Below, in pieces: positions 33,338 to 43,686 of a stretch of 64,000 nucleotides of DNA. Source of the DNA: an uncultured Planctomycetota bacterium. Lineage in GTDB: Bacteria; Planctomycetota; Planctomycetia; Gemmatales; Gemmataceae. The stretch is taken from the NCBI GenBank assembly GCA_963849325.1, contig CAWKHF010000001.1, positions 384,001-448,000 on the forward strand, read 5' to 3'. Both the position numbers and the translations under genes were made by a program. Each line of letters starts with the position of its first letter. The stretch's first letter is position 1. Under the pieces are notes generated by a model. It was given only the letters and a program-made list of their open reading frames with translations. It had not been told where the DNA came from and did no database searches.

Positions 33338-34306
33338 CTAACTGACGCTCACCGTCACGCGCCGCACCTGCTTGGCGCAGGCGCCGCGATCGTTCTGACC
33401 GATCACGTATTGCATGCGGTCGCCGACCTTGAGGTCCAGAAAATCGATGCCCACCACGTCCTCGTGGAAGAAGAACATGTTCGGCCCGCCCTGGTCGGGG
33501 ACGATGAAGCCATAACCATTCTTGAGCGCCTGGATCGACCCGGTCAAGTCTCCTCCCTCCCCCCCATTCCCTCGCGGCACGGGAGAGGCGAGGGGCAGGG
33601 GTGAGGGGGACGTCGCCACGGGAGCAGCGGGACGCGCGATGGTCGGACCGAAGGCGAACTCCTTGCGCGGGACAAACAGGCCGTTGACGAGGGGATCCTT
33701 GAACCGCGCTCGGTCCTCGACAATGGGATGCATCATGATGGGATAGGTGACTTCATCGAGCAGCACCTGGGCCGTGCGCGTCTCGCGCTCGATGCCGTTG
33801 TGATCGACGTAGTGAAAGTCCCAGCCGAGGACCATGACGCGCGTGCCGAGCGTGTTCAGCTTGCGGACCAGCGGCAGGAAATCGCCGTCGCAGACGACGA
33901 GGACAACCACGTCGAACCGCTTGTAGATGGCCGTTTCGTAGGCTTCCAGGGCCAGCCAGACATCGATGCCCTTCTCGCCCTCACGTGTCAGGGGCAGGTA
34001 GTGCGTGGTCACGCCCTCGCGGACGAGCACGTCGTCGAAGACGCGCTCCTTGTAGAGCAGATCGCGGTCCTCGGCGTCGGCGGCGCGGAGGCGGCCGCGA
34101 AAGTAGTGGGCGTCCACGATGAGACAGTAGCGCGGGTCCGCCTTTTCGCAATCGGCCACCTGCTGGCGGACGAAGGCGTGCAGTCCGCCGACGCTGACGC
34201 GGGCGCGGCGCTCGTGGTGGTAGTGATAGTAGTTGCTGACGTGAAAAAAGAAATTACCGTCATAAAAGATACCGATACGGGTCAACTTCCCGTCGTTCGC
34301 GGCCAT
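33338..34306 (-). CDS. NYN (LabA/DUF88) PIN-like nuclease fused to a cold-shock domain
   Basis: IFYDGN, EKGIDVWLA, CDGDFLPL motifs; C-terminal NGYGFI...MFFF cold-shock RNP motifs. Confidence 0.88.
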   Translation of the reverse strand: MAANDGKLTRIGIFYDGNFFFHVSNYYHYHHERRARVSVGGLHAFVRQQVADCEKADPRYCLIVDAHYFRGRLRAADAEDRDLLYKERVFDDVLVREGVTTHYLPLTREGEKGIDVWLALEAYETAIYKRFDVVVLVVCDGDFLPLVRKLNTLGTRVMVLGWDFHYVDHNGIERETRTAQVLLDEVTYPIMMHPIVEDRARFKDPLVNGLFVPRKEFAFGPTIARPAAPVATSPSPLPLASPVPRGNGGEGGDLTGSIQALKNGYGFIVPDQGGPNMFFFHEDVVGIDFLDLKVGDRMQYVIGQNDRGACAKQVRRVTVSVS

Positions 34307-34399
34307 ACCCACACTCCTGAATGTTTTCGTGGCATTGTCTTCACCGTGTCAGCGGGCGACGGAGCATCCCCGGCAATTTATGGAAGAAAGGGCGTCGCG

Positions 34400-35594
34400 T
34401 CACGGGGAATCGGAACGGATCGAGGCGGCGGCGGATCGGCGGCGCAGAGCGAGATAAGCGAGCAGCAGGGCCGGCGTCATCCAGATAAAGCCGAAGTATT
34501 CGACGCCGCCAGACAGCTGCATCGAGGCCACACCGTTGATCGTCAGGAAAAGGGCAGCGGCGAACCCTTGGACGCCGCGCGCTCCGCGCTGGACCTCGGC
34601 AGCCACCTGCACGAGCGGCACCAGCAGCAAGACGAGATCGAACGGCCAGGCCCCGTAAGCCGCGGTCAGGAGCGACACCAACAGCAGCGGCGGCAGGCGC
34701 TCTTTCCAGTCCCAGGCGGTGCGATGACGCAGCCAGTAGGGTACGAACCACGCCAGACCGGGGAGCATCGCCAGAAATTGCAGGCGAAACCGCTCCTCGC
34801 CCAGCAGCAGGCGCAGCACCGTGCCCAGCGTCGGCGAACGGTACTGTGACGGCGGTTGGCTCGTCCACGTTTGTCCGTATTGGCCCAGCACAGACGGGTT
34901 GAACAGGAAGGCGATACCGAGGGCGCCCACGCCCGCCAGCACCCCTCCGCCGAGCACGGACCAGCGGCGCTCCCGCAGCGCCCAAAGGAGTAAAGCGATC
35001 CAGAAAAGATAAGAAAGGTGGGGTTTGACGGCCAGCAGCACGGTGGCCGCCCCGGCCAGCGCGTCGTGGCCCCGGTCGAGGCAGACGAGGAACAGCACGG
35101 CGCCGAATAGAACCAGCGGCGCGATCTGTCCGGCTGTGAGACTGAACAGCGTCGGCAGGAAAGCGAAGGCGAGCAGCCACGCCAGCCAGCGCCGCGCCGC
35201 GGGACCGCCGTAGAGGCGCCAGAGGGCGTCGGCGCACCAGGCGACGACGGCGAATTGCAGAACCAGCCAGAGTCAGATGCGCCGTGCGGCAGTCGAGCAA
35301 CCCCAGCGGCATGACCAGCGGCAACGTCCACGGCGGGTTCCACATGAGGATGCCTTCGCTGGTGCGGCCGGCCTCGTGTTCCAGCTGCTGGACGCGCTCG
35401 GGATCGTAGGGGTTGTCGCCGTGGACGTTGAGCCGGCCGGCCGCCCAGTATTCGACGAAGTCGTGCAGCGGCAAGGCGGGCCAACCGCGCGCCGGGTCGC
35501 CGAGGGGAACCAGCAAGACAAGGATCGCAATGGTCAGACCGAGAACCAGCAGCCGGAGACGCCGCGCCGGATGCGCCGCGAGGGGTTGGGACAT
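34400..35594 (-). CDS. GT87/DUF2029-like membrane glycosyltransferase (indel near 35270)
   Basis: DFVEYWAAGR...NPYD...NPPW, LAVKPH, WPFDLVLL. Confidence 0.8.
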
Positions 35595-35623
35595 GGGGAG
35601 ATTCTCTTTGCGCGGTTTCCAGA

Positions 35624-35689
35624 CGGGCGAGCGGGGGTGTAAGCCCCCTGTTGAGCGCCAACAGGGGGCTTACGCCCCCCGCTCGCCCG
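35624..35689. repeat. REP-like palindrome
   Basis: CGGGCGAGCGGGGGTGTAAGCCCCCTGTTG...CAACAGGGGGCTTACGCCCCCCGCTCGCCCG. Confidence 0.9.
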
Positions 35690-35758
35690 GTTCACGCCAA
35701 GCATAGGTCACGCCTCTCCGTAGGCACAAACTCGCCCCGCATGACCTATCCTTGTGCT

Positions 35759-37241
35759 ATGCGAGCGATTGCGTGCTTCTCCCAGCTGATCCGCGTCCTG
35801 TCGCTGCTGTGCGCCGTCGTCCTGCTCGTGTCGGCGGCGGTGCGCGCGGTCGTCCACCTGCGCGACCTGAGCGGCATCCAGCACATCGCCGGCATCTGGA
35901 TGGCGCTGGCCCAGTACGGCAACGCCGGCGTCCTGTACCCGCCGCTGGAGGCGGACGGCTTCTACGCCGGCACGCGCTACATGCCGCTGTGTTTCGGACT
36001 GATCGCCGGCCTGGTGCGAATCGTCGGCGATTACGTGGTGGCGGCGAAGCTGATGGCCCTGGCGTCGATGGTGCTGCTGCTGGCCGGCGTCTTCGTCGCC
36101 GTGCGACGCCTCACCGGCCGCGCGCTCGACGCCCTCCTCCTGACGGGGTTGGTACTCGCCTCGCCCGAGGCGAGGACGGCGCTGCTGTCGCCGCACGCCG
36201 ACGCCCTGGCCGCGGCCCTCACCTTGGCGGGCTTGTTGCTGATCGATCGTGGCCGGGCCGGCCTGGCGGCGCTGCTTTTCACGGCGGCATTGATGACCAA
36301 GTTCAGCGCCATCGCCGGGCCGGTCGCGGCCGGCGTCTTCCTGCTTCGCCATGACCGCAAGCGTGCCCTGGGACTGCTTCTCTCGTGGTTCGTCCTGACC
36401 GCGAGCGGACTGGTGCTGCTCGAACACTTCAGCGACGGCCGCTTTCTCGATAATTTCCGCAGTCTCGGCTCCGGCGGCATGAGCCTCGACAGCATCCGCA
36501 TCGGACCCGCGCGCGTCGCCTTCGCTCTGGGGCAATCGTTGCCCTTCAGCGCCGTCCTCGCGCTGGCCGTATTCGCGCTGCTCGGCGCGGCCGCGAACAC
36601 AGCTTGGATCTGTGGGACGGATACTTTCTCGCCACGGCCGCGGTCACGCTGGTCATCTTCACTTCGCCCGGCACCGGACTCAACCATCTCCTCGAACTGG
36701 AGGTCGCGGCCGTGCTCGTCGTCGCCCGGCTGTTCGCCCGGCAGTCCGGCAACGCGGCGATCACTCACCCTCTGCTGGAACCAGCGGCCGGACTCGTCGT
36801 TCTCGGCGTGCTCCTGGCAGGGACGTATGAAAACGTGAAAGCGTTCGATTCCTCAGCAGCAGGGCCGGGGATTGCGGGCGGAACCGTGATCGAGGCACTG
36901 CCGCCGGATGGCTCCCTCCTCGCGGAAGACGCCACGGTGCCGGTGCTGCTCGGCCGGCGTCCGGTGGTGATGGACCCGTTCGCCTTCCGCGTCCTGGCCG
37001 AACGCGGACGGGTAGACGACCGCCCGCTGGCCGGACGCATCGCACGCAGAGAGTTCGATGTGCTCGTGTTGATGGGCGCGTGGATCAACCCGGCGAAAGT
37101 CTGTGTCCGCGTTTTCATTTCGGGCCGCGCGTCACGGCGGCCATGCAAGAGGCGTATCGCTTCGACCGTCAGGTGGGGCCGTATTCTCTGTTCGTGCCCG
37201 ATGACCGAGGGCGACTTAGCGCTCGCCGCCCGGAGCGCTAA
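35759..37241 (+). CDS. GT-C-like multi-pass membrane protein (frameshifted)
   Basis: LYPP...YMPL, D in HAD, ALMTK, SPGTGLNHLLE; many transmembrane helices. Confidence 0.6.
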
Positions 37242-37253
37242 GCCGTCAGCGGC

Positions 37254-38499
37254 TCAGAATTGCAGCTGGAGCCGGCCCAGGCGCTCCACCGTCTCCTCCA
37301 TCAGGGCATCCTCTTCCGCCTCGTTCTTGGCCAGGTACGTCACCGAGAAGCGCAGGTACGGCCCGGCGTCGTCCCACGGCACGCAGCAGACCGACTGCTC
37401 GGTGATGAGGAACTGCGACGCCTCCTCGGCGTTGGCGAACGACCGGCCCGCGCAGCCGCTGCGGCGCACGGACGTAGAGGAAATAGGTGCCCGCTCGGCA
37501 TCTTCGCCTGGAAGCCGACCTGTCGCAGAGCGGCGACCAGCTTGTGCAGACGGCGGCGATACTTCTCGCGGACGCCGTCGGCGATCTCGGGATGCTCCAG
37601 CGCCGCTCGCGCCGCCTGCTGGATGGCCATGAACTGTCCCGAATCGCAGTTGTCCTTCACGTCGGCGAACGCCTGCACGATCTTCGGATGGCCGGCCACG
37701 AACGCCATGCGCCAGCCGATCATGTTGAAGCCCTTCGACATCGAATGGATCTCGACGCCGACCTCCTTCGCCCCCTCCACTTGCAGGAAGCTCAGCGGCG
37801 GGCCGTCGTAGCTGAGCAGGATGTGGGCGGCGTCCTGCACGACGACGATCTGGTTGGTGTGGGCGAAGTCGATGACGCGGCGGTAGAAGTCGCGCGTGGC
37901 CACGGCGCCGGTCGGGCTGTTGGGGTAGTTGAGGACCAGCAGCTTCGCCCGGCGGCGGACGTCGGCGGGGATCGACGCCAGGTCGGGATAGAAGCCGTTC
38001 TCCTCGCGCAGCGGCAGGTTGTAGACCTCGCCGCCGTAGTAGGCCGTGTGCGTGCCGGCGACGGGATAGCCGGGCACGGTCATCAGCGTGACGTCGCCGG
38101 GGTTGATGAAGACGGCCGGCAGCATGGCCAGGGCCGGCTTGGAGCCGATGGCGTGGTTGATCTCCGTGGCCGGGTCGAGCGTGACGCCGAAGACTTTGCT
38201 GCATGAAGCCGGCGGCGGCCTCCTTGAAGGCGGCGATGCCGTTGTCGGCGTAGCCGCGGTTTTCCAGCTTGTCCACCTCGCGCCTTGAGCACGTCGCGCA
38301 CCAGCGGATCGGCCATGTCGTCGTTCTCGCCGATGCCGAAGTCGAGCAGACGGCGCTCGGGATGGGCGGCCAGGGCGGCCCGCTTGGCCCGCTTGATCTT
38401 CTCGAACTTGTAAATCTTGGTGCCCTTGCCGTAGTTGGCGCCGCCGATGCGTTCGGCGAACAGCGACTGGAACCAGGGATCGGCCGGTGCGGTGCTCAT
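37254..38499 (-). CDS. dapL: LL-diaminopimelate aminotransferase (frameshifted)
   Basis: FAERIGG...YKFEKIK, DFGIGE, LNYPNSPTG, QDAAH, SMSKGFNMIGWR PLP lysine. Confidence 0.88.
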
Positions 38500-38508
38500 G
38501 GTCGTCCA

Positions 38509-38604
38509 AGTAGGGGTCAGGGGTCAGGGGTCAGAAGTCAGATTAGGAAGCAAAGGATAGATGACCAGTCGCTGACCCCTGACCCCTGACCCCTGACCCC
38601 TACT
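38509..38604. repeat. Inverted tandem heptamer arrays (GGGGTCA)n / (TGACCCC)n
   Basis: Three to four units on each side of an A-rich core, upstream of dapL. Confidence 0.92.
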
Positions 38605-38728
38605 CGATTCGATTTTTTCCGACGAGTGACTACCCCGGCCTTCTCGGCGTGGGTAAAATGGATGATTGAAGGAAATGAGTGAGGATGCCGCCCTGCCCCC
38701 AGGCAACTTCTCCGTAGAGGAGACCCAC

Positions 38729-39357
38729 GTGGCCCTGACCAATCTGGACCGCGATTTGCTGAAGCGATGCCTCGCTCATCAGCCCGGAGCGTGGAACGAT
38801 TTCGTCGATCGCTTCCTCGGCCTGATTTACCACGTCGTCCATCACACCGCCCATCTGCGCAGCGCGCCGCTGCGGCCCGAAGACACCGAAGACCTGGCCG
38901 CCGAGGTGCTGCTGCAAATCGTCGCCCACGATTACGCCGTCCTCCGCCAGTTCCGCGGCAACAGCAGCCTGGCCACTTACCTGACGGTGATCGCCCGCCG
39001 CATCTGCGTCCACGAATTGTCGCGCCGCAGCGCCGGCCGCGAAGTGCAGCCCGGCCCGGCCCATCCGGACCTCAACGAGGTCGAGGCCGACGATCTGCCG
39101 CGCACGCCCGGCCTGGAGAGCCTGGAAGAAGTCGAGAAGCTGCTCAGCAAACTGCCCGGCCGCGAGCGCGAGGTGGTCCGCCTGCACTACATCGAGGGCC
39201 GCTCTTACGAGGAGATCAGCACGGAGCTGAAGTTCCGGTCAACAGCATCGGCCCCATCCTGTCGCGCGCCCGCAAGAAGCTGCGTCAGAATGCAAAGGCC
39301 GCGCCGCCGGCGCAGCGTCCCGTCGAACCGAAGCGCGATACCGAACCACAAGCGTAA
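38729..39357 (+). CDS. ECF sigma-70 factor (indel near 39230)
   Basis: AWNDFVDRF, DTEDLAAEV, SSLATYL region 2; LPGREREVVRLHY...SYEEIS region 4. Confidence 0.9.
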
Positions 39358-39363
39358 CCATAA

Positions 39364-39437
39364 CCTGAGCGGGCGAGCGTCAGCCCCCTGAGCTTATCGT
39401 CTCGATACACTCAGGCGGCTGACGCCCTCCGCTCAGG
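39364..39437. repeat. Degenerate REP-like palindrome between convergent genes
   Basis: CCTGAGCGGGCGAGCGTCAGCCCCCTGAG...CTCAGGCGGCTGACGCCCTCCGCTCAGG. Confidence 0.75.
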
Positions 39438-39447
39438 CTCATGTAAC

Positions 39448-40369
39448 TCAGCGCTGATACGACGGAGCACTGGCTCCGGCGCGCTGCACTCCGGGACCAT
39501 CGAGCATCCGCGAGGCCAGGTCAAACGTCTGATACGTCAGTCGGTTGCGTGTGAAGACCAACTCGGCCTTCCGCGGGTCCATCTTGACGATCTCGACGCC
39601 GTTGAGTTGCAGCTTCATCTCGATCTTCTGGCCCGGCCAGGTGAAGAGGATCTCTTGCGGCCAGACGGTATTCGTCGTGCGCTCCACTGCACCCGGCGGA
39701 CGTTGGCCTGGCAGATGACCGTGCCCTTGGCGTCGCGGAGGACGTAGGCGATCACCTGCGGCGCCGGCGGCGCGGCTTCCGTGCGGTTGAACACCGTCAC
39801 CTTCTGGATCGGCTGGCCCTGCGGCGAGGTCGCCGACTCGATCAGCTCGATATAATTCTTCTCCGCCTTCAACTCGTACTTCTTGGCCGGATCGTACTCG
39901 GCCAGGCCGAGGGCGGCGACGACCATGTCGGGCTGGAAGGGGAAGGGAATGTTGGCGCCGCGGGCCAGGGCCTCGTAGGAGCAGTGGAACAGGTGCGGGC
40001 GGCTCGTTCTTGCTGATCCAGTACCAGAACTCCTTGTCGTTGGAGCCGATGTCCACGGCGGGCTGGCTGAGTACCTGGGCCGTCAGACGGAAGTTGCGCG
40101 GCTTCTGGCACATCATCCGGCCGCCCAGGCCGACCGACTGGCCGTTGGCCTTGGCGTCGATGGCCAGGTTGTTGCATTGCAGCGCCTCGCCATCGCCCAG
40201 GCGTTTGCGCGCTATCGTTGAGGTACTGCACCAGCTGCGCCGTCGTCGGCAGCTGTTGATCGGTGACGGCAACGCGCGGCGCGCCGTCGCGCCGGTGCGG
40301 CGAGACGACGTTGCAGCCCACGGCCACCAGCAGGACTGCCACGGCGATACCGGCGATGATTGAACGCAT
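39448..40369 (-). CDS. Hypothetical lipoprotein (frameshifted)
   Basis: VAVGC lipobox; KPRNFRL...DIGSNDKEFWYW motif. Confidence 0.7.
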
Positions 40370-40404
40370 GAACGTCCCCTGATCTCTGCCCGAAGGCGTG
40401 GAGG

Positions 40405-40889
40405 CTACTCCCAACCGAGCGCCTGGAACACGTCGTCCTGAACCGTCGCCAGTTCCTCGTCCGTGAGGCCCGGATTGACCACCGCGTGGCGGGCGCCGCT
40501 CCGGGTGCAGCGCATCGTGAGCACTTCGTCGGGACCGTCCTGCCGGGCCTGCTCGAACTTGAGCCGGCGTCGCCGCATCAAGAGCAGGGCGACGACGTAG
40601 CGGAAGCGGACGCGGCCCGGCTCCAGCTGGCCTTCCAGACGCTGAAAGCACTCCATCAGCATCTCATCGTCGATCGGCTGCCGTCGCTTGCCCTGCGGCG
40701 GCGTGAGCCGGCCCATCCAGAAGCTAAAGGCGCCGTCCGGGCGCCCTGCCAGGCTTCGACACTGTAATCCTTGCGGACGAACTTGCCGTCCTCTTCCATC
40801 AGGACGCTGTAGTAGCGTTCGCCCGGCCGCAGCTCGCGCCCGCTGGCACAGCAGCGGCGGGTGCTGGGCTGGATCTGATAATCGATCAT
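40405..40889 (-). CDS. Hypothetical protein (indel near 40745)
   Basis: MIDYQIQ..TRRCCASGREL.PGE..YSVL...RYVVALLLMRRRRLK. Confidence 0.7.
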
Positions 40890-41049
40890 GTCCGTGTCCT
40901 CCTGACCGCGGGACCGCAGCAGGAAACCGGCCGCAACCAATCGTATCGGCGCCGGTCAAGTTCCGGCAAGAGACAAGGGGGCCGACCCCTCATTTTACGG
41001 ATGGCGATGGTGCCGGCCCTAGCGTTTGGCACGAATCTACCGCTTGCGC

Positions 41050-42549
41050 TCAGCGCCGTTGTGGCGTCGGCGGCAGGGACACGCCGATCGGCAGCCAGCG
41101 CTTCAGCTCTTGCAACACTTCGCTCGGCGTCTCATGGCCCCAGCCGAGATAGGCGCCGCGGACGATGTTGGAAGCGTCGAGCAGGACCATCTTGGGCGTG
41201 GTCTCGACGCCGAAGCTGCCGCGCAGACCGCCGGCGCTGAGGACGGGGAACGTCAACCCCATGTCGGCGTGCTGCCGACGCACGGAGTCGGCATCCTCCG
41301 AGACGCACATGCCCACCACGTTGATGCGCTGGGCGTAGGTGATGAGCAGCTGCTGGGCGTAGCGGAGCACGACTGGCGTCGTCGCCGAGGCCGGGTGATA
41401 AAAGACAAGCAGGACCGGCTTGCCGGTCCAGCGGCGCAGCTGGGCGGTGCCTCCGGCGGTGAGGTTGCTGGCGATGAAATCGGGGGCCAATTGACCGGGC
41501 GTGGCCACGGCGGGCGTCGTCTTCGCCTCGCGGACCGGCTCGGGCGGCGTCTCGCCACGGCGGGCCGCCTCGGCTCGCCGTTTGATCTGGAGAATGGCCG
41601 GCCGATACGGCGTGTCCGGCTGATTGTCCAGGTGCAAGTCGATCTTCTTGAGCAAGGCGGTCAGGTGCGGACCATAGCGGGCCGGCTGCGTCAGCATCGG
41701 CTCCAGCGTGGCGCGGAAGGCCAGCGCCTGCGCGATCTCGCGCCGCCGCGTCTCGCCGGTCTCTCCCGACAGCTGGAAACTGCTCTCCATCTCCAGGCGC
41801 AGCAGGCTCCGCTGCGTCGGCTCGCGCTGGGCCGGCTCGCGCTGACGGATGTCGCGTTCGACGCGGTAGGCCAGGCCCAGGTGCGGCACCAACCAGACGG
41901 TATCCTGGCGGTGCCAGGCGATGCGATCGGCGCGCGGCCGATCCCAGTCGTCGGACTTTTGCTCGCCGATCAGCTTGAGGCAGTTGTTGCCGCCGACCAT
42001 CTCCATGCCGGCCGCTCGCCACAACAACGGCGGCCGATCACCCTCGGCGGCCGGCCATTCCTGACCGACGCAGACGCGCCCGCCCGGCAGGGCGACGAAG
42101 GCGCCGCCTTCGAGCGTCGGCGCTCCGTCCAGCGGCACGAGGACATCGACGCCCCGCTCGGCCGTGAGCTGGCCCTGCAAATCGACGCGGGCGCGTTCGA
42201 GCCGGACGGAGGCGGCCGGCATGTCGCCGCTCAGCGGCGGCTCGCCGGAGCCGGGCCGATGCTTGAGGATGGTGAGCAGGGCCACCTCGGCGCCGCCCGG
42301 CGGCGTGTCCAGCACGAAGACGCGCGTCTCGATGCGGTAGGAGCGACTGAACTGCACACGGCCGCCTCGGGCCTCCTCGCTGAAGGTGCCGCGATAGACC
42401 AACTCCTGCGACCGGCTCAGACGTGGCACGAGCAACCAGTCGCCGCCGACCGCCGGCCGGGCCGCCGACAGGCCCGGCGGCGACTGCGGCCGGGTCATCG
42501 TCTGTCCCGGTAGCAGGACGCAGCCGAGCAGGTACAGGGTCGCTACCAT
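41050..42549 (-). CDS. Secreted protein with C-terminal redoxin (AhpC/TSA-like) domain lacking CxxC
   Basis: GQLAPDF...GKPVLLVFYHPASATT...FGVETTPKMVLLD. Confidence 0.7.
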   Translation of the reverse strand: MVATLYLLGCVLLPGQTMTRPQSPPGLSAARPAVGGDWLLVPRLSRSQELVYRGTFSEEARGGRVQFSRSYRIETRVFVLDTPPGGAEVALLTILKHRPGSGEPPLSGDMPAASVRLERARVDLQGQLTAERGVDVLVPLDGAPTLEGGAFVALPGGRVCVGQEWPAAEGDRPPLLWRAAGMEMVGGNNCLKLIGEQKSDDWDRPRADRIAWHRQDTVWLVPHLGLAYRVERDIRQREPAQREPTQRSLLRLEMESSFQLSGETGETRRREIAQALAFRATLEPMLTQPARYGPHLTALLKKIDLHLDNQPDTPYRPAILQIKRRAEAARRGETPPEPVREAKTTPAVATPGQLAPDFIASNLTAGGTAQLRRWTGKPVLLVFYHPASATTPVVLRYAQQLLITYAQRINVVGMCVSEDADSVRRQHADMGLTFPVLSAGGLRGSFGVETTPKMVLLDASNIVRGAYLGWGHETPSEVLQELKRWLPIGVSLPPTPQRR

Positions 42550-42680
42550 CGAGTCCCCGACGGGTAAAAGATAGAGGATGCGCCAACCACGCCGCGAGGC
42601 AACGTCCCCGATGCGGAGGCGGATTATAACAAGGGGCCTTTCTCCCACAAGCGAGGTTTTGCCGAGCCGCGGATGTCTTT

Positions 42681-42780
42681 CTCCCCTCTCCCCCGCTTCG
42701 GGGGAGAGGGGTAGGGGGTGAGGGGGAGACGCTGCCCCCTCACCCCCTACCCCTCTCCCCCGAAGCGGGGGAGAGGGGAG
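42681..42780. repeat. REP-like double palindrome (CCCCTCTCCC family)
   Basis: Two inverted hairpin units between divergent genes. Confidence 0.9.
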
Positions 42781-42897
42781 TAAACCGCGCAAACGCCGGC
42801 AAAGCATTGACGCGGGCAGACGGGGCAGGCAGGATAAGAGCGACCCGACCCACCCAGGCAGCGGCGGGTCTCGACCTTCATCCTTGCGGAGTGGCGC

Positions 42898-43686
42898 GTG
42901 CTCAATCTTATCCTGATCGTGCTGGTAGTGTGGGTCGTGCTGATGGTGCTGCTGGCGGCGTGGACGTTGTTCTTCCAGGGCTACATTTACAGCGAGCCGG
43001 CCAGTGCCCTTCACTGGCGCGCCCCCGCCGCCGGCACGGCCCTGATCGTCTTCGTGCTGATCTGGCTCGTGTTCGATTACCGTAGCATCGTCGACCGCGG
43101 CGACGAGGGTCGCTATCAGCCGCTGCACAACTTCAGCACCTCCGAGACGGTGACGTATCAACACCTGTGGATCATCAATCGCGACGGCAAGGAGGAGCAC
43201 TACGAGCGTCGTGGCAACCAGTATGTGCGCAAGGACGGGCGAACGCTGCCGACACGGCCGAGCAAGATCGTGGCCGCCCAGCAGGTCAACGGCGACAAGC
43301 ACGTCTTCGAGCCGGAGCGCGACGCCAAGGGCAATTTCAAGGTCGAGAAGGAGCAGCCGCTGCGCTACTACGATCAAAGCAACAAGTCGCGCTACATGGA
43401 CGAATCGTCTCTCGGCCAGGTCAGCATCTTTCACTTTGGCTGGCTGCTGCTGAACCTGGTCCTGAACTTCGGCCTTCTGGTCGTGTGGTTCGTGGTGCTG
43501 TGGTTGTTGCTGCGCTTCCAGTGGCCGCACGCGCTGGGATTGGCGGTCGTGTTCTGGTTGGTCATGCTGCTGTTCGTGATGCCGCCGGTACTCAAGCAGG
43601 CCGAGAATGTGCGCAAGGAGCGCCTGCCGGCGAAGACGACGGCGACGGCGCAAGCCGCTTGCAGCTTAGCGTTCGGAGACACCTAG
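42898..43686 (+). CDS. Hypothetical membrane protein (two plus two transmembrane helices around a soluble loop)
   Basis: Intact 262-aa ORF with high-GC codon usage and a GGAG RBS. Confidence 0.75.
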   Translation: MLNLILIVLVVWVVLMVLLAAWTLFFQGYIYSEPASALHWRAPAAGTALIVFVLIWLVFDYRSIVDRGDEGRYQPLHNFSTSETVTYQHLWIINRDGKEEHYERRGNQYVRKDGRTLPTRPSKIVAAQQVNGDKHVFEPERDAKGNFKVEKEQPLRYYDQSNKSRYMDESSLGQVSIFHFGWLLLNLVLNFGLLVVWFVVLWLLLRFQWPHALGLAVVFWLVMLLFVMPPVLKQAENVRKERLPAKTTATAQAACSLAFGDT

